Positions 23,992-38,214 of a DNA stretch of 64,000 nucleotides are shown here, in pieces. The stretch covers positions 133,052,001 through 133,116,000 of the forward strand of contig NC_082710.1 of NCBI RefSeq assembly GCF_030144855.1. Reading direction: 5' to 3'. Position numbers and translations under genes: made by a program. The DNA is from Hypanus sabinus. Lineage: Eukaryota. Each line of letters starts with the position of its first letter. Position 1 is the stretch's first letter. The notes under the pieces are model-generated. The model was not told the origin of the DNA, ran no database searches, and saw only the letters and a program-made list of their open reading frames with translations.

Positions 23992-26900
23992 TAAGATGGG
24001 GGGGGGGGCAGGAGACTATTTGAGGAGACTATGGGAGAGGAGGTTAGTTCACCAGTGGAGCAAGTAAATAGACAGTGTGTGAGGGAGGAAAGGCAGGTGA
24101 TGGAGAAGGGATGCACTCAGCCCGAAGGTGTAGGGGAGAAGAAAGAAAAGGATAATAAATTTGAATGCATTGTTAGGGATGGAAAGAGAGGAGGAGATGG
24201 AGAGTATCTTAAATGTATCTATTTTAATGCTAGGAGCATTGTAAGAAAGGTGGATGAGCTTAAAGCGTGGATTGATACCTGGAATTATGATGTTGTAGCT
24301 ATTAGTGAAACATGGTTGCAGGAAGGGTGTGATTGGCAACTAAATATTCCTGGATTTAGTTGCTTCAGGTGTGATAGAATAGGAGGGGCCAGAGGAGGAG
24401 GTGTTGCATTGCTTGAAAGAGAAAATCTTATGGCGGTGCTTTGGAAGGATAGATTAGAGAGCTCCTCTAGGGAGGCCATTTGGGTGGAATTGAAGAATGG
24501 GAAAGGTGCAGTAACACTGATAGGAGTGTATTATAGGCCACCTAATGGGGCGCGTGAGTTGGAAGAGCAAATGTGTAAGGAGATAGCAGATATTTGTAGT
24601 AAACACAAGGTGGTGATTGTGGGAGATTTTAATTTTCCACACGTAGACTGGGAAGCTCATTCTGTAAAAGGGCTGGATGGTTTAGAGTTTGTGAAATGTG
24701 TGCAGGATAGTTTTTTGCAACAATACATAGAAGTACCGACTAGAGATGGGGCAGTGTTGGATCTCCTGTTAGGGAATGCGATAGGTCAGCTGACAGATGT
24801 ATGTGTTGGGGAGCACTTCGGGTCCAGTGATCACAATAGCATTAGCTTCAATATAATTATGGAGAAGGACAGGACTGGACCTAGAGTTGAGATTTTTGAT
24901 TGGAGAAAGGCTAACTTTGAGGAGATGCAAAGGGATTTAGAGAGAGTGGATTGGGTCAAGTTGTTTTATGAGAAGGATGTAATAGAGAAATGGAGGTCAT
25001 TTAAGGGTGAAATTATGAGGGTACAGAATCTTTATGTTCCTGTTAGGGTGAAAAGAAAGGTTAAAGGTTTGAGAGCACCATGGTTTTCAAGGGATATTAG
25101 AAATTTGGTTCAGAAAAAGAGGGATGTCTACAATAGATATAGGCAGCATGGAGTAAAGGAATTGCTCGAGGAATATAAAGAATGTAAAAGGAATCTTAAG
25201 AAAGAGATTAGAAAAGCTAAAAGAAGATACGAGGTTGGTTTGGCAAATAAGGTGAAAGTAAATCCGAAAGGTTTCTCCAGTTATATTAAAAGCAAGCGGA
25301 TAGTGAGGGATAAAATTGGCCCCTTAGAGAATCAGAGTGGTCAGCTATGTGTGGAACCGAAGGAGATGGGAGAGATTTTGAATGATCTCTTACGGTACTC
25401 ACTAAGGAGAAGGATATTGAATTGTCTAAGGTGTGGGAAACAAGTAAGGAAGTTATGGAACCTATGACAATTAAAGAGGTGGAGGTACTGGCGCTTTTAA
25501 GAAATTTAAAAGTGGATAAATCTCTGGGTCCTGACAGGATATTCCCCAGGACCTTGAGGGAAGTTTGTGTAGAAATAGCAGGAGCTCTGACGGAGATCTT
25601 TAATATGTCATTAGAAACGGGGATTGTGCCGGAGGATTGGCGTATTGCTCATGTGGTTCCATTGTTTAAAAAGGGTTCTAGAAGGAAGCCTAGCAATTAT
25701 AGACCTGTCAGTTTGACATCAGTGGTGGGTAAATTAATGGAAAGTATTCTTAGAGATAGTATTTATAATTATCTGGATAGACGGGATCTGATTAGAAGTA
25801 GCCAGCATGGATTTGTGCGTGGAAGGTCATGTTTGACAAACCATATTGAATTTTTTGAAGAAGTTACGAGGAATGTTGACGAGGGTAAGGCAGTGGATGT
25901 AGTCTATATGGACTTAAGCAAAGCCTTTGACAAAGTTCCACATGGAAGGTTAGTTAAGAAGGTTCAGTCGTTAGGTATTAATGCTGGAGTAATAAAATGG
26001 ATTCAACAGTGGCTAGATGGGAGATGCCAGAGAGTAGTGGTGGATAATTGTTTATCGGGATGGAGGCCGGTGACTAGCGGGGTGCCTCAGGGATCTGTTT
26101 TGGGCCCAATGTATACATAAATGATCTGGATGATGGGGTGGTAAATTGGATTAGTAAATATGCCGATGATACTAAGGTAGGAGGTGTTGTGGATAATGAG
26201 GTGGGTTTTCAAAGCTTGCAGGGAGATTTATGCCGGTTAGAAGAATGGGCTGAACGTTGGCAGATGGAGTTTAATGCTGAGAAGTGTGAGGTTCTACATT
26301 TTGGCAGGAATAATCCAAATAGAACATACAGAGTAAATGGTAGGGCATTGAGGAATGCAGAGGAACAGAGAGATCTAGGAATAACTGTGTATAGTTCCCT
26401 GAAAGTGGAGTCTCATGTAGATAGGGTGGTGAAGAGGGCTTTTGGAACGCTGGCCTTTATAAATCAAAGCATTGAGTACAGAAGTTGGGATGTAATGCTA
26501 AAGTTGTGCAAGGCATTGGTAAGGCCAAATTTGGAATATTGTGTACAGTTCTGGTCACCGAATTATAGGAAAGATATCAATAAATTAGAGAGAGTGCAGA
26601 GACGATTTACTAGGATGTTACCTGGGTTTCAGCAATTAAGTTACAGAGAAAGGTTGAACAAGTTAGGTCTCTATTCATTGGAGTGTAGAAGGTTGAGGGG
26701 GAATTTGATAGAGGTATTTAAAATTTTGAGAGGGATAGATAGAGTTGACGTGAACAGGCTGTTTCCATTGAGAGTAGGGGAGATTCAAACTAGAGGACAT
26801 GATTTGAGAGTTAGGGGGCAGAAGTTTAAGGGAAACACGAGGGGGTATTTCTTTACTCAAAGAGTGATAGCTGTGTGGAATGAGCTTCCTGTAGAAGTAG

Positions 26901-27090
26901 TAGAGGCCAGTTCAGTTGTGTCATTTAAGGTAAAATTGGATAGGTATATGGACAGGAAAGGAGTGGAGGGTTATGGGCTGAGTGCGGGTAGGTGGGACTA
27001 GGTGAGATTAAGGGTTCGGCACGGACTAGGAGGGCCAAGGTGGCCTGTTTCCGTGCTGTGATTGTTATATGGTTATATGTTATATGGTTA
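23199..27090 (+). mobile_element. Near full-length young CR1-clade LINE, 5'-truncated within ORF1
   Basis: Esterase ORF1, APE-RT ORF2, short tandem tail TTATATG(G). Confidence 0.95.
24031..27001 (+). pseudogene. CR1 ORF2 (APE endonuclease + RT) with two frameshifts (about 25390 and 26110)
   Basis: YFNARS, ISETWL, GDFNFP, SDH, NYRPVSLTS, QHGF, GVPQGSVLGP, YADD across three ORF pieces. Confidence 0.92.
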
Positions 27091-27574
27091 AAAGCCTCAC
27101 ATAGTACTGAATTTCCATTTGGTGAAGTGTGAAGTTTCAGATTGAGGTTAAAAGGAAGGCCTTGTGTTGGTATCCGGAATAGAAGTGATGGGTTGACCAC
27201 TGCAGTAACAATTCTATGATTCTAATTACAGTATGCACCATTTGGGATTCATGTCCAGAAAAGATGTTAGACTCAATTAAGTTCAAGTTAAAGTTTATTG
27301 TCATTGGTGTGCATACACATGAGAATTAGTTTTTTACATTACAAACAGGACGTAAGTTAACATAAACTTAAGTTAATATAAATTACACTTGGCTTACATG
27401 ATGAAATAAACATATTGACATTAGTTCAATTTGAGAAAGAAAAAAAAGAGTATGGTCTGAGATAACGTTAAGGTTTTTCAGGTCAGTTCAAGAGCTGATG
27501 GCAGTGGGGAAGAAGCAGTCGTGGAACCTTGAGATATGGGTTCTCAGGCTCCTGTACCACCTAATGCTATTGGA

Positions 27575-30500
27575 AAGAGTTTAAACTAGATTTGCAGTGG
27601 AGTGGGAACTGAAATGAAGAGGCAGAGGATGAGGTGGTTGGCGCACAAATAGAGACCGCTTATATTGAGTTTGTGAGGAAGGATAGGCAGATGATAGAGC
27701 AAAGATGTACTCAGCCAGATGGTTTGAGATGTGTCTATTTTAATGCAACGGCTATCATAAACAAGGCAGATGAACTTAGAGCGTGGATCAATACCTGGAA
27801 TCATGATGTTGTGGCCATTACAGAGACTTGGCTGTCTCAGGGGCAGGAATGGCTGCTGAGTGTGCCAGGCTTTAGATGTTTCAAAAAGGACAGGGAGGGA
27901 GGGAGCGTGGCTTTGCTAATCAGGGATACTATCACAGCTGCAGAAAAGGAAGAAGTCATGGAGGGATTGTCTACTGAGTCAGTGTGGGTGGAAGTCGAAA
28001 ACAGGAAGGAGGCAATAACTCTATTGGGTATTTTTTATAGACCTCCCAATGGTAACAGAGATGTTGAAGAGTACATAGGGAGGCAGATTCTGGAATGGGG
28101 CAATAACTATAAGGCTGCTATAATGGGTGATTTTAACTTTCCTAATATTGACTGGCATCTCTTTAGAGCAAGGGGTTTGGATGGTGTGGAGTTTGTTAGC
28201 TGTGTTCAGCCAACTAGAGGAGAGGCTGTACATGATCTGGTATTGGGAAATGAATCTGGTCAGGTTCAGATCTCTTGGTGGGAGAGCATTTTGTAGGTAG
28301 TGACCATAACTCTATCTCCTTTACCATAGTGCTGGAGAGGGATAGGAGCAGGCAATTTGGGAAAACATTTAATTGGGGTACAAGGAAATGTGATGCTAGT
28401 TGGCAGAAACTTGGAAGCATAAATTGGGAGCAGATGTTCTCAGGGAAATGCACGGCAGAAATGTAAATGTTCAGGGAACATTTGCATGAAGTTCTGCATA
28501 GGTATGTTTCATTGAGGCAGGGAAAGGATGGTAGGGTAAAAGAATCATGTTGTACAAGGAATATAGAAAATCTAGATAAGAAGAAAAGAAAAGCTTACAA
28601 AAGGTTCAAGAAACTATGTACTGTCAGAGCTCTAGAAAATGACACGGTTGCCAGGAAGGAGTTTAAGAATGAAATTAAGAGAGCTAGAAGGGGCCATGAG
28701 AAGGCCTTTGGCGAGCAGGATTAAGGAAAACCAGGATGAGCCATGTGAGAATTGGACTGATCAGGTGCAATAGTGGAAAAGTGTCCATGGAATCGGAGGA
28801 GGTTGTGGAGATACTTAATGAATACTTTGCTTCAGTATTAACCAAGGAAAAGGACCTTGGCAATTATGGGAATGACTTGCAGCAGATTGAAATGCTTGAG
28901 CATATAGACATTAAGAAAGAGGATGTGCTGGAGCTTTTGAAAAGCATTAAGTTAGTTAGGTTGCCAGGTCTGGACGAGATATACTCCAGGCTACTATGGG
29001 AAGTGAGTGAGGAGATTGCTGAGCCTCTAACGATGATTTTAGCATCAGCAACAGGGACTGGAGAAGTGCCAGAGGATGAGGGTTGCAAACGTTGTTCCCT
29101 TGTTCAAGAAAGGGAGTAGAGATAACCCAGGAAATTATAGACCAGAGAGTCTGACTTCAGTGGTGAGCAAGTTGTTGGAGAAGATCCTGAGAGGCAGGAA
29201 TTATGAGCATTTGGGGAGACATTATCTGATTAAGGTGCCTAACGAGCCTGATTGAATTCTTTGAGGATGTAACAAAACACAGTGATGAAGGTAGAGCAGT
29301 GGATGTTGTGTATATGGATTTCAGTAAGGCATTTGATAAGGTTCCTCATGCCAGGCTCATTAGAAAGTAAGGAGGCATGGGATCCAAAGCGACCTTGCTT
29401 TGTGGAGCCAGAATTGGCTTGCCCACAACATGCTGGAGGAACTCAGCAGGTCGGGCAGCATCCGTGGAAACGAACAGTCAGTGTTTTGGGCCAAGACCCT
29501 TCATCAGGACTGAAGAGGGAGGGGGCAGGGGCCCTATAAAGAGGGTGAGAAGGAGAAGGCTGATAGGTGCCATGTGAAAAACAAGAAAGGAGAAAGATCA
29601 AGGGGTTGGGGAGGGGAAGCAGGGAGGGGATAGTCAGGAAAGGTGAAGAAGGAATGTAAGCGGAAAGCACAATGGATAGTAGAAGGAGGCGGAACCATGA
29701 GGGAGGTGATAGGCAGAGGGGAACTGGGATGGGGGAAGGGAGGGGGAGGGAATTACTGGAAGTTGGAGAATTCAATGTTCATGCCAAGGGGCTGGAGACT
29801 ACCCAGATGGTATATGAGGTGTTGGTCCTCCAACCTGTCTTAATGAAGGCAAAGGGTGGTGGTAGATGGTTTGTATTCTGCATGGAGGTTGGTGACCAGT
29901 GGTGTTCTGCAGATATCTGTTCTAGGACTCCTTCTGTTTGTGTTATTTATAAATGACCTGGATGAAGAAGTAGAAGGGTGGGTCAGTAAGTTTCCTGATG
30001 ACACAAAGATTGGGGGAGTTGTGGATAGTTTGGAGGGTTGTCACAGGTTATGGCAGGACATCGATAGGATGCAGAACTGGGTTGAGAAGTGGCAGATGGA
30101 GTTCAATCCAGATAAGTGTGAGGTGGTTCATTTTGGTAGGTCAAATTTGAATTCAAAATATAATATTAATGGAGTCTCGACAGTGTGGAGGATCAAAGAG
30201 ATCTTGGGGTCCATGTCCGTAGGGATAAAGCTGCTATGCAGGTTGACAGTGTTGTTAAGAAGGCATATGGTGTGATTGCTTCATCAACTGTGGGACTGAG
30301 TTCAAGAGCCATCAGGTAATGTTACAGTTATATAACACCTTAGTTAGACCCCACTTGGAGTACTTGTGTTCCGTTCTGGTCACCTCACTACAGGAAGGAT
30401 GTGGATACTATAGAGAGAGTGCAGAGGAGATTTACAAGGATGTTGCCTGGATTGGAGAGCATGCCTTATGAGAATAGGTTGAGTGAATTTGGCCTTTTCT

Positions 30501-30895
30501 CCTTGGAGCGACGGAGGATAAGAGGTGACCTGATAGAGGTGTATAAGCTGATGAAAGATATCGATCGTGTAGCCAGAGGCTTTTTCCCAGGGCTGAAATG
30601 GCTAACAAGAGGGTTCATAGTTTTAAACTGCTTGGAAGTAGGTACAGGGGGGATGTCAGGGGTAAGCTTTTCACATGGAGAGTGTTGGGTGCGTGGAATG
30701 CACTGCTGGTGACGGTGGTAGAAGCGGATTCAATAAGGTCTTTTAAAAGACTCTTAGATAGGCACATGGAGCTTAGAAAAATAGAGGGTTATGCGGTAGG
30801 GAAATTCTAGGCATTTTCTGGAGTAGGTTACATGGTCAGCACAACATTGTGGGCCGAAGGGCCTGTAGTATACTGTAGATTTCTATATCCTATGT
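27575..30895 (+). mobile_element. Second, older CR1 LINE (ORF2 region), heavily disrupted
   Basis: YFNATA, ITETWL, GDFNFP, KFPDDTKIGG, VQRRFTRMLPG and the CR1 tail. Confidence 0.9.
29428..29844 (-). mobile_element. Penelope-like 3' fragment nested in the CR1
   Basis: Minus strand RLEDQHLIYHLGSLQPLGMNIEFSNFQ* plus a pseudo-LTR with hammerhead motif (29475-29512). It splits the CR1 sequence GCCCACA|GAAGGCAAAG. Confidence 0.85.
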
Positions 30896-31749
30896 CTAAT
30901 GGCAACATCAAGAAGAGGGCATGGGCTGGATGGTGGGCATCCCAGATGATTGATATTGAGTTACAGAGGCATTGCCTTTTGTAGACACCTTTGACTGTAG
31001 GGAGAGCGGTATCCATAATGGAACTGGTTGAATTCACCACTCTTTTGTCTATGTGTATTGGAGTTTTTATATCAGGTCACAATGTAACCAGTCAGAATGC
31101 TTTCTAATAAGAAGAATAAGATGAATGATTTGACTGATATGAGATGGGAGGCAAGAATAAATGAAGAGTTTATTCTTTACTTACACTGTTTTTACATTGT
31201 GCTTAGATTTAATATTTTAAAAAATTTATTTTGAGATACAGTGTGGATTTGGCCCATTGGGCTCTTTGAGTTGTGCTGCCCAGCAACCCCCAATTTAATT
31301 CTAACCTAAACATGAAACAATTTACAATGTCCAATTAACCTATTATTCCAACAATATTATCACTGGATATTTCTGCTTCAAGCTAAACGCAAGAACCCTT
31401 TGTACACTCTTGTGCGGTGGCCAGTTGTAATAAATGCTGTGTCAGGTGGAGAAGAAAATCTACTTTCCCATTGTGTCTTTGCTTTCCATCACATTACCAA
31501 CTTGTACTGCCTTTCTGCACACTCTTTGCAAGTTTTTTCCTTTCCTTTGACCTTGTCTCAGAAGATAAAGCACAGAACAGGCCCTTCCTGCCCAACAAGC
31601 CAAACTGCTCAGTAACCTACCTATTGAACACTTAGACTAATCAGAGGACCATTTACAATGATCAATTAACCTACTAACCAGTATATCTTTGGACTGTTTA
31701 TATTAGCTTTAATAATAGTCTTATGAAAGGGTTATGCTAGAAATATTAA

Positions 31750-32220
31750 ATAAGAAAAGCAAGTGCTGGAAATGATCACTGGATCGTAGTATGACTTTAT
31801 ATTCCACTTGGGTAGCCTGCAACTCAGTGGTATGAACATTGAATTTTTCAGTTTCAGATAATCCAGTGTTCTCCTTCCACACACACTCACTTGTCTAGCT
31901 AGTTTTCTTTTCCATCTGGTCATCTTTCCCATGCCTTGTTCCACCTGATTCCATCTGCCCATCTGATTCTGTTTACTAATTGCCCAGGTACCCCACTTCC
32001 CTCCTCCCAATTATTTCATCTACTCATCATCCACTCTCCATCTGGCTTCACCTATCACCTTCCAGGTTCTTCCCCAAATCGACCCCTCCCCCTTCAACTG
32101 CTTTTTACCCGCAACATTTTGCGACCTTGATGGAGGGTCTTGACACAAAATGTTAACTTGCACCTTTTGCATCCCCATAATCTTGGACCTGCTAAGTTTG
32201 TTCAGCATCTGGTTTTGTAG
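31750..32220 (+). mobile_element. Penelope-like 3' fragment with a short inverted 5' piece
   Basis: IFHLGSLQLSGMNIEFFSFR*, a pyrimidine-rich UTR and a decayed pseudo-LTR. Confidence 0.7.
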
Positions 32221-32459
32221 GTCGTAATTACATGGTGCTATGGTTTTGAACTTTTGGCAGAGAAACACTAAGATGAAACCCCATCACAGCAGTTAACATT
32301 ACAAGTCAAGCCATTAAGTAAATTTGGACTTTGATTAAAAAATGGCTTTAAAGAAACAAATCAGTGACACCTACCTGCCTGATGTGTGTATGACTCAGGT
32401 CTACTGATACAGTGGACTCTTAGCTGCCATCTGAAATTCTCAACAAGAGAAGAACCCAT

Positions 32460-33445
32460 GGTGTATGAGGCGAGGTCCTAGCATGGATAGAAGATTCGTT
32501 GATTGGCAGAAGTCAGAGAGTGGGGATAAGAAGTCCTTTTCAGGATGGCCGCTGGTGACTGCAGAGGTCATTGGTGTGACTGCAACATCAATAATGTGCT
32601 AATGGAACTCGTGGCATTGTGGTCACATTTGCAGACAATATCAAGATGGAGAAGGACAGGTAGTGGCAGAAAGAATACGGAGTAGGAAAGTGTGGACTTA
32701 TACACTTTGGGAGGAAAAATAAGGTGGACTCTTCAAAATGGGGAGAAAATTCAAAATAAGAGGTGCAAGGGGCCTTGGGAGTCCTAGTTCAGTATTTCCT
32801 CAAGGTTAACCTGAAGGTTGAGTGAAGAAGGTAAATGCATTATTGACATTTGTTTCAAGAGGACTGGAATATAAAAGCAAGGATGGACTGCTGAGGTGTT
32901 TGTCAGACAAAATTTGGAATATTGGGAGCAATTTTGGCCCTGAATCAAAGACAGGATGTGCTGACCCTGAAGAGGGTCTAGAGGAGATTCACAAGAATAA
33001 TCCCAAGAATGAAAGCTTTAACATATAAGGAGCATCTGATGTTTCTGGGTCTGATCTCAATGGAGTTCACAAGGATGAGGAGGACATCTCATTGAAGCCT
33101 ACTGGATACTAAATGGCCTGGGTAAAGTGGACGTGAGGAAGGTGTTTTATTAGTAGAACAGCCTAGAATCCAAAGGTACACTCTATGAATGAAGGGATGT
33201 CCCTTTAAACCTGAGAAGAATTTCTTTAGTTAGAGGGTGGTGAATTGATGGAATTGGTTGCTATGGAAGGCTGTGGAGGCCAACTCATTTTGTGTATTTA
33301 AGGCAAACATTGATAGATTCTTGATTGGTAAAGGGGTTAAGCATTGCAGCGAGAAGGAGTTGAAAAAAAAATCAGCTGTGACTGGTGGAGAAAACTTGAT
33401 GGGCTGAATGGCCTAATTCTGCTCCTATATTGTATGGTTTCATGG
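32460..33445 (+). mobile_element. CR1 3' fragment with multiple deletions
   Basis: KKVNALLTFVSRGLEYKSK and typical tail. Confidence 0.7.
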
Positions 33446-34889
33446 AACTATCCTAACAAGCCATTTAGTTCAGGAGCCAATTAGGGATGAACAATGAATA
33501 CTAACCTATACAGTGATGTCTTCAATCCATTAATAAATTAAAGACCAAGACAGAGGGCATCTTTTGAGAATGAGAGATGAACTAATTGGAGCAGCTTTTG
33601 GCCTGAGTGGATATCCCAGAATTTTTCGTCATGGCTGCCACCAGATCTCTTTTTTTTGAATCATCAGCTGCACATCCTGGGAGAACTCTACAGGAAGGAG
33701 CCCAGAAAAAAGTGTAACTTGCGCACAGCTGAAAGAGAGAAATATTTTCTTTCAATATATCTGTCACTTACAATTCTCTGAAAAAATGAACTGATTCCAC
33801 TCTGCTTCCTGTAATTATCTTTTGTGTTTGAGGTGGAGTCATTTATTCAAGCCAGTTAATTTTCCAAGTTGTTAGCAACTAGTTGGCTTGGCCTGCTCGA
33901 TTATCTCATTGTGACTCCCATCAAATTTAGTGCTGGTTTGCTATTGATTGATACTTGCCAACACTGGCACTTATCTATGATTAGATAGCTAAAGTGATTT
34001 ATGTTTCTAATAATGATGGAGCAATTAAAGTCCTCTTGTAAAAAAACCCATCATATACAAGGGACAAATGTGCCAAATATAGAAACATTTGAGGGAGGGT
34101 GCACATGTGTTATGTATGTGTTCTAATAAATGGCTCAAAGCAGATTAAGAGACGAAACGAATGTATCTGGTCATTATAGACAATCTCGTGTTTCCGACTG
34201 GTATTGCTAGAATAAACTTGGCAGCATGTTCACAGTTTACAACTACTGGTTCGCAAGCAGATTGCCAGACTAATCAATTCATGTTTTGATGGCAGTACTG
34301 CAGGAGATTGTTGACACAGAAAGATCTGAAAGAAGATATACCTTTTCCTTTATTAAAAAAAAAGGACCTCCTATTCTGAAACAGAGAATTTGCAGTTGTT
34401 AGCAGTTTTCACAGCCGAGGACACCCCAACATTTTGCAGCCAATGAACCACGACCATTGTTTTAATTTGTGGAAGATCTTTTCCTACTGAAATCACTTGG
34501 GAATGAGGATGAACACTCCAGTTTTGTGGAATTTGAAATGGTTCTGAGGTGGTTAAGGGTATAGATGTGGGATCTGTTGAACCTTCCACAAGTGAGGCAG
34601 AAGTCAGGGTGGGTGAGTAATACGAAAGGTTCATCCTTCATTTTCATCAAAGCTTTGCTTGCTCCTATTGAAGAGACTTAAGGTTTTCAGTATGTTCCCA
34701 GAAGCTCTGCTTTGAGGAGTGGTATACCAGGGATTGCTATGTGTTGTTGATGGTGTTATCTTTCCCCAAGGAAGCTTTAAGAACTTCCTTGAATAATTTT
34801 CTCTTTGCTCTTTTTAGTCTCTTGGATTCAGGTGCCTGATGCAATAATAATATCCTGCTCCACTTTTACTGCCACGTCAGTGATCTGCA

Positions 34890-35170
34890 CACTCAGTGGC
34901 ACATCTGATAAGGCTACCTCCCCAAAGCTCCAGTGATCTGGTTCAGTCCTAACCTCAGGTGCTGTCTGTGTGGAGTTTGCATGTTCCCCCTAACCCCCCC
35001 CCCCACCCCCGTGGCTGCATAGGTTCCATCTTAGTACTCTGTTTTTCACCTACATCCCAAACATGTACATTGTTAGTGTCTAGCTGAGTGGTAGAATCTA
35101 TGGCAAAATTGAGGGGAGTTTGAGGAAAATAGAAAGGAATTAGTAGAAGGTTATTGTAAATGGGTACTTG
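34890..35170 (+). mobile_element. V-SINE
   Basis: CTGTCTGTGTGGAGTTTGCATGTTC V-domain after a tRNA-like head. Confidence 0.65.
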
Positions 35171-35637
35171 ATGACGATCATTCCATGTGTTTTAATAGAG
35201 GATTATTAACTTTATAAATAGAGGGCCAGAGTCTAGCAGATATGTGAAACACTTGTAAAAGAACGATTAAGCTGAAACTGCACAATAGTAAGACCTCATT
35301 GAGGTTGCAAAGGACATTTGCTAAATTGGGGTTCACACTGGGAGGCATCAGATTTGAGGAGATGCAAAACAGACTAGGATGGTCCTCTTCACTGTGGAGA
35401 AGGTTGAAGAGAAAGTTAATAACATACCATTGTAAATTTTTTATCGAGAAAATAGGAATGATCTCCAGTGATCAGTGGAAGTAGGTTTCATGTGATTGGG
35501 AAGTGGTGATAGAAGCAGAGTTGGAATGCTGTTAATGCGTGGAGGTGTTATGATCTGGAATGTACTACCGGAAAGGCTGGTTAAAACAGGTTTCATAATG
35601 ATTTACAAAGGAACTCAGAAATAACTGAAAAGGGAAG

Positions 35638-36245
35638 CTCAAAGTTCGAAGTAAATTTATTATCAAAGTACATGTAAGTCACCATATACAACACTGAGAT
35701 GCATTTTCTTGTGGGCATATTCAATAGATCTATAGAATAATAATCATGACAGAATCAATGAAAGACCAGTCAACTAGGATGTTCGACCAAAGTGCAGAAG
35801 ATAAAAACTGTGCAAATTGAAAAAGAAGAAATGCAAATAATAAGTAAATAAACAATAAATATCGAGAACATTAGATGAAGAGTCCTTGAAAGCGAGTCCA
35901 TTGGTTGTGGGAATATTTCAGTGATGGGCCAAATGAAGTTTAGGAACCTGATGTTGAAGGGTAGTAACTGTTCCTGAATCTGGTGGTGAGAGTCCTGACA
36001 TTCCTGTACCTTGTTCCTGATGGCAGCAGCGGGAAGACAGCATGTCCCGGGTGGCTGGGATCCCTGACGATAGATGCTGCTTTCCTGTGATTCCATTTCA
36101 TACAGATGTGTTCAATGGTGGGGGGTGCTTTACCCATGATAGACTGGGCTGCATTCACTACTTTTTTGTAGGATTTCTCATTCAAGGGCATCGGTGTTCC
36201 CTTACCTGGCTTTGATGCAGCCAGTCAATAAGCTCTCCACTACAA
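35638..36245 (-). mobile_element. Rex1/Babar LINE 3' fragment
   Basis: KAASIVRDPSHPGHAVFPLLPSGTRYRNVRTLTTRFRNSYYP. Confidence 0.85.
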
Positions 36246-36746
36246 GCATGTGGAAATGATGTTGGAGAATGGTAGTAATTGAATCAGTAGACTTTATCTT
36301 CTTTTTTGACTGACCTTCACCAGTCCCATGCCCTGCCCCATTTTGACTGGAAGAGTTTCATGATGTACTAACTGGTCACCACTGTTGGTGTTCTTCTTTT
36401 TCCAAACATCATGCTTCGCCTCCTTGGACCAGTTCCAAAATTGCTTGGCTTTGACTCTCTTTAGACTCATGCGGCACAGGTGAATGCCATTTGGCACATC
36501 AGGACTTTGCCGGCTCCCTGAAAGACCTACCGGCTCCTTCACCAGTTCCGCAAGGCCCTTCAAACTCTTGTTTTTCAAAATGTTGCAGAATTGTATCAAA
36601 GAATCATCGAATTGTACCAAAGGAAAACAGGTCAGTTGGTTCATTTCACACATGCTGACCGGTGGGCACCATTCCTTATTAACCACACCATCCGGAACTT
36701 GATCCATAGCCCTCACTGTCTAAGTGATTTAAGTGTTCATCTAGAC

Positions 36747-36826
36747 CCAGGATTCCCAACCTTTGTTATGCCCTGTACCAATACTATTAAGCAAGCGGTC
36801 CATGGAACCCAGGTTGGGAACTACTA
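36747..36826. mobile_element. hAT (Charlie/MER5-like) MITE
   Basis: TTCCCAACCT/AGGTTGGGAA inverted ends; 8-bp TSD ATCTAGAC/ATCTAGGC. Related copy at 62175-62256. Confidence 0.7.
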
Positions 36827-38214
36827 ATCTAGGCACTTCCTAATGCTGTCCATGATCTGGCTTCAACCAATCTTTCAGACAATGCATTCTAGTCTGGGTT
36901 AGGAAGATCACCCTTATTTCCCTTCTGAATCTCTTCTCCTTACCCTAATCCTATACCCTCTAGTTTTATCCACCTCTGATATGGGGAAAGGTTTTCTGCC
37001 ATCTATCCTATCTATACCCCATAAAAAGTTTATAAACCATGATCATGCCCCCTCTTAGCCTCTCCTGTAAAGATGCGAGACCTTCTCCAGTCTCTCTAAA
37101 TAGCTGAACTGCTCTATCCCAGGCTGTAAGCGTCCACACATTACCCAGATCTAAAACAAGCTGCAAGATATTCCTTTATTGGGGGAGGATGCTGGAATTG
37201 CAGATTGTCGCAATGCAGTAGATTGATGTGAACTCAAGGCAGCCCAGTTCAGTCTTGCTTGGCAACCGAGCCGAGCAAGTTTTAATTGAGTTTGAATCAG
37301 GATTAAATTGAAGTTGTACTGGGGATGCACTTAGGACAATTTGAAGCTGCTGTGCTGTTGCTGTGTGTGTGTGTTGTTAACAGGATCAGGATTTCTTCAT
37401 TTTGCTTTCAATGTTTCTTCTTCCTCTCGTCAGCACCTCCTTGAGTTTCTGTGTTTTCCATTCTTTATCTTTCTTCTTGTATGCTTTAGAAGCATGGGAC
37501 TACACAGCACCAAAACTGGTCCATTGGCTGACTGAGTGTACAGCAATCATCAATCTTTCACCCTCACTAATCATATACCAAAGCCATTTTCGTAGAAAAT
37601 AGTTCAATACTGCAAAAGAACAAACAAAATTAATCTCATCAGCCTGAAAGGATCCTTATCCTTTCATGTCATTTGTCTAACTAAATGCCTTCTAAATCCA
37701 CTATTTTGTTTGCTTTCACCACTATCCCTGGAATTCATTACCACAGATGGCTGTGGATGAGGTTGCAAAGGAACATTTAATGTTAATAAACATCCTAAAA
37801 TGCTTTTTATTTGCAACCATCCACGGAAAGAGGAGTCAAAGAATGAATGACAGTTAAATGTTAGAATCACAAAGTTCTCCCCCCCCCCACCCACAACCCT
37901 CCCTCCTGCGCGTAAGCGGCAGCCAGCAACAATCCCCCCTCCCCCCACCTGCAAACGAAAGCATTGGCACCCGTCACCGAGCACCCAAGCGTGCAGCAAA
38001 GACACAGACTTGCAGTACTCCAAGGACTATGCGTTCACCTGGTATTCGATATGCCACAGGCTCTCTCTCCCTAATTCTGGAGAAAGAGGCATCTCCGTTT
38101 AATAGCGAGGAGAGGACATAATAGATAATTCGCTGGTTTACAATGTTAGAAATCCGTTGTGTCGCTTTTTCCGAGATCTGTGCCCAAAGATCACCAGATA
38201 CCCAGATCTCCAAG

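Noticed and set aside
36300-36740. 140-aa minus-strand ORF / possible L2 fragment
   Set aside because: Only a vague resemblance to a LINE linker region; cannot be assigned without a search.
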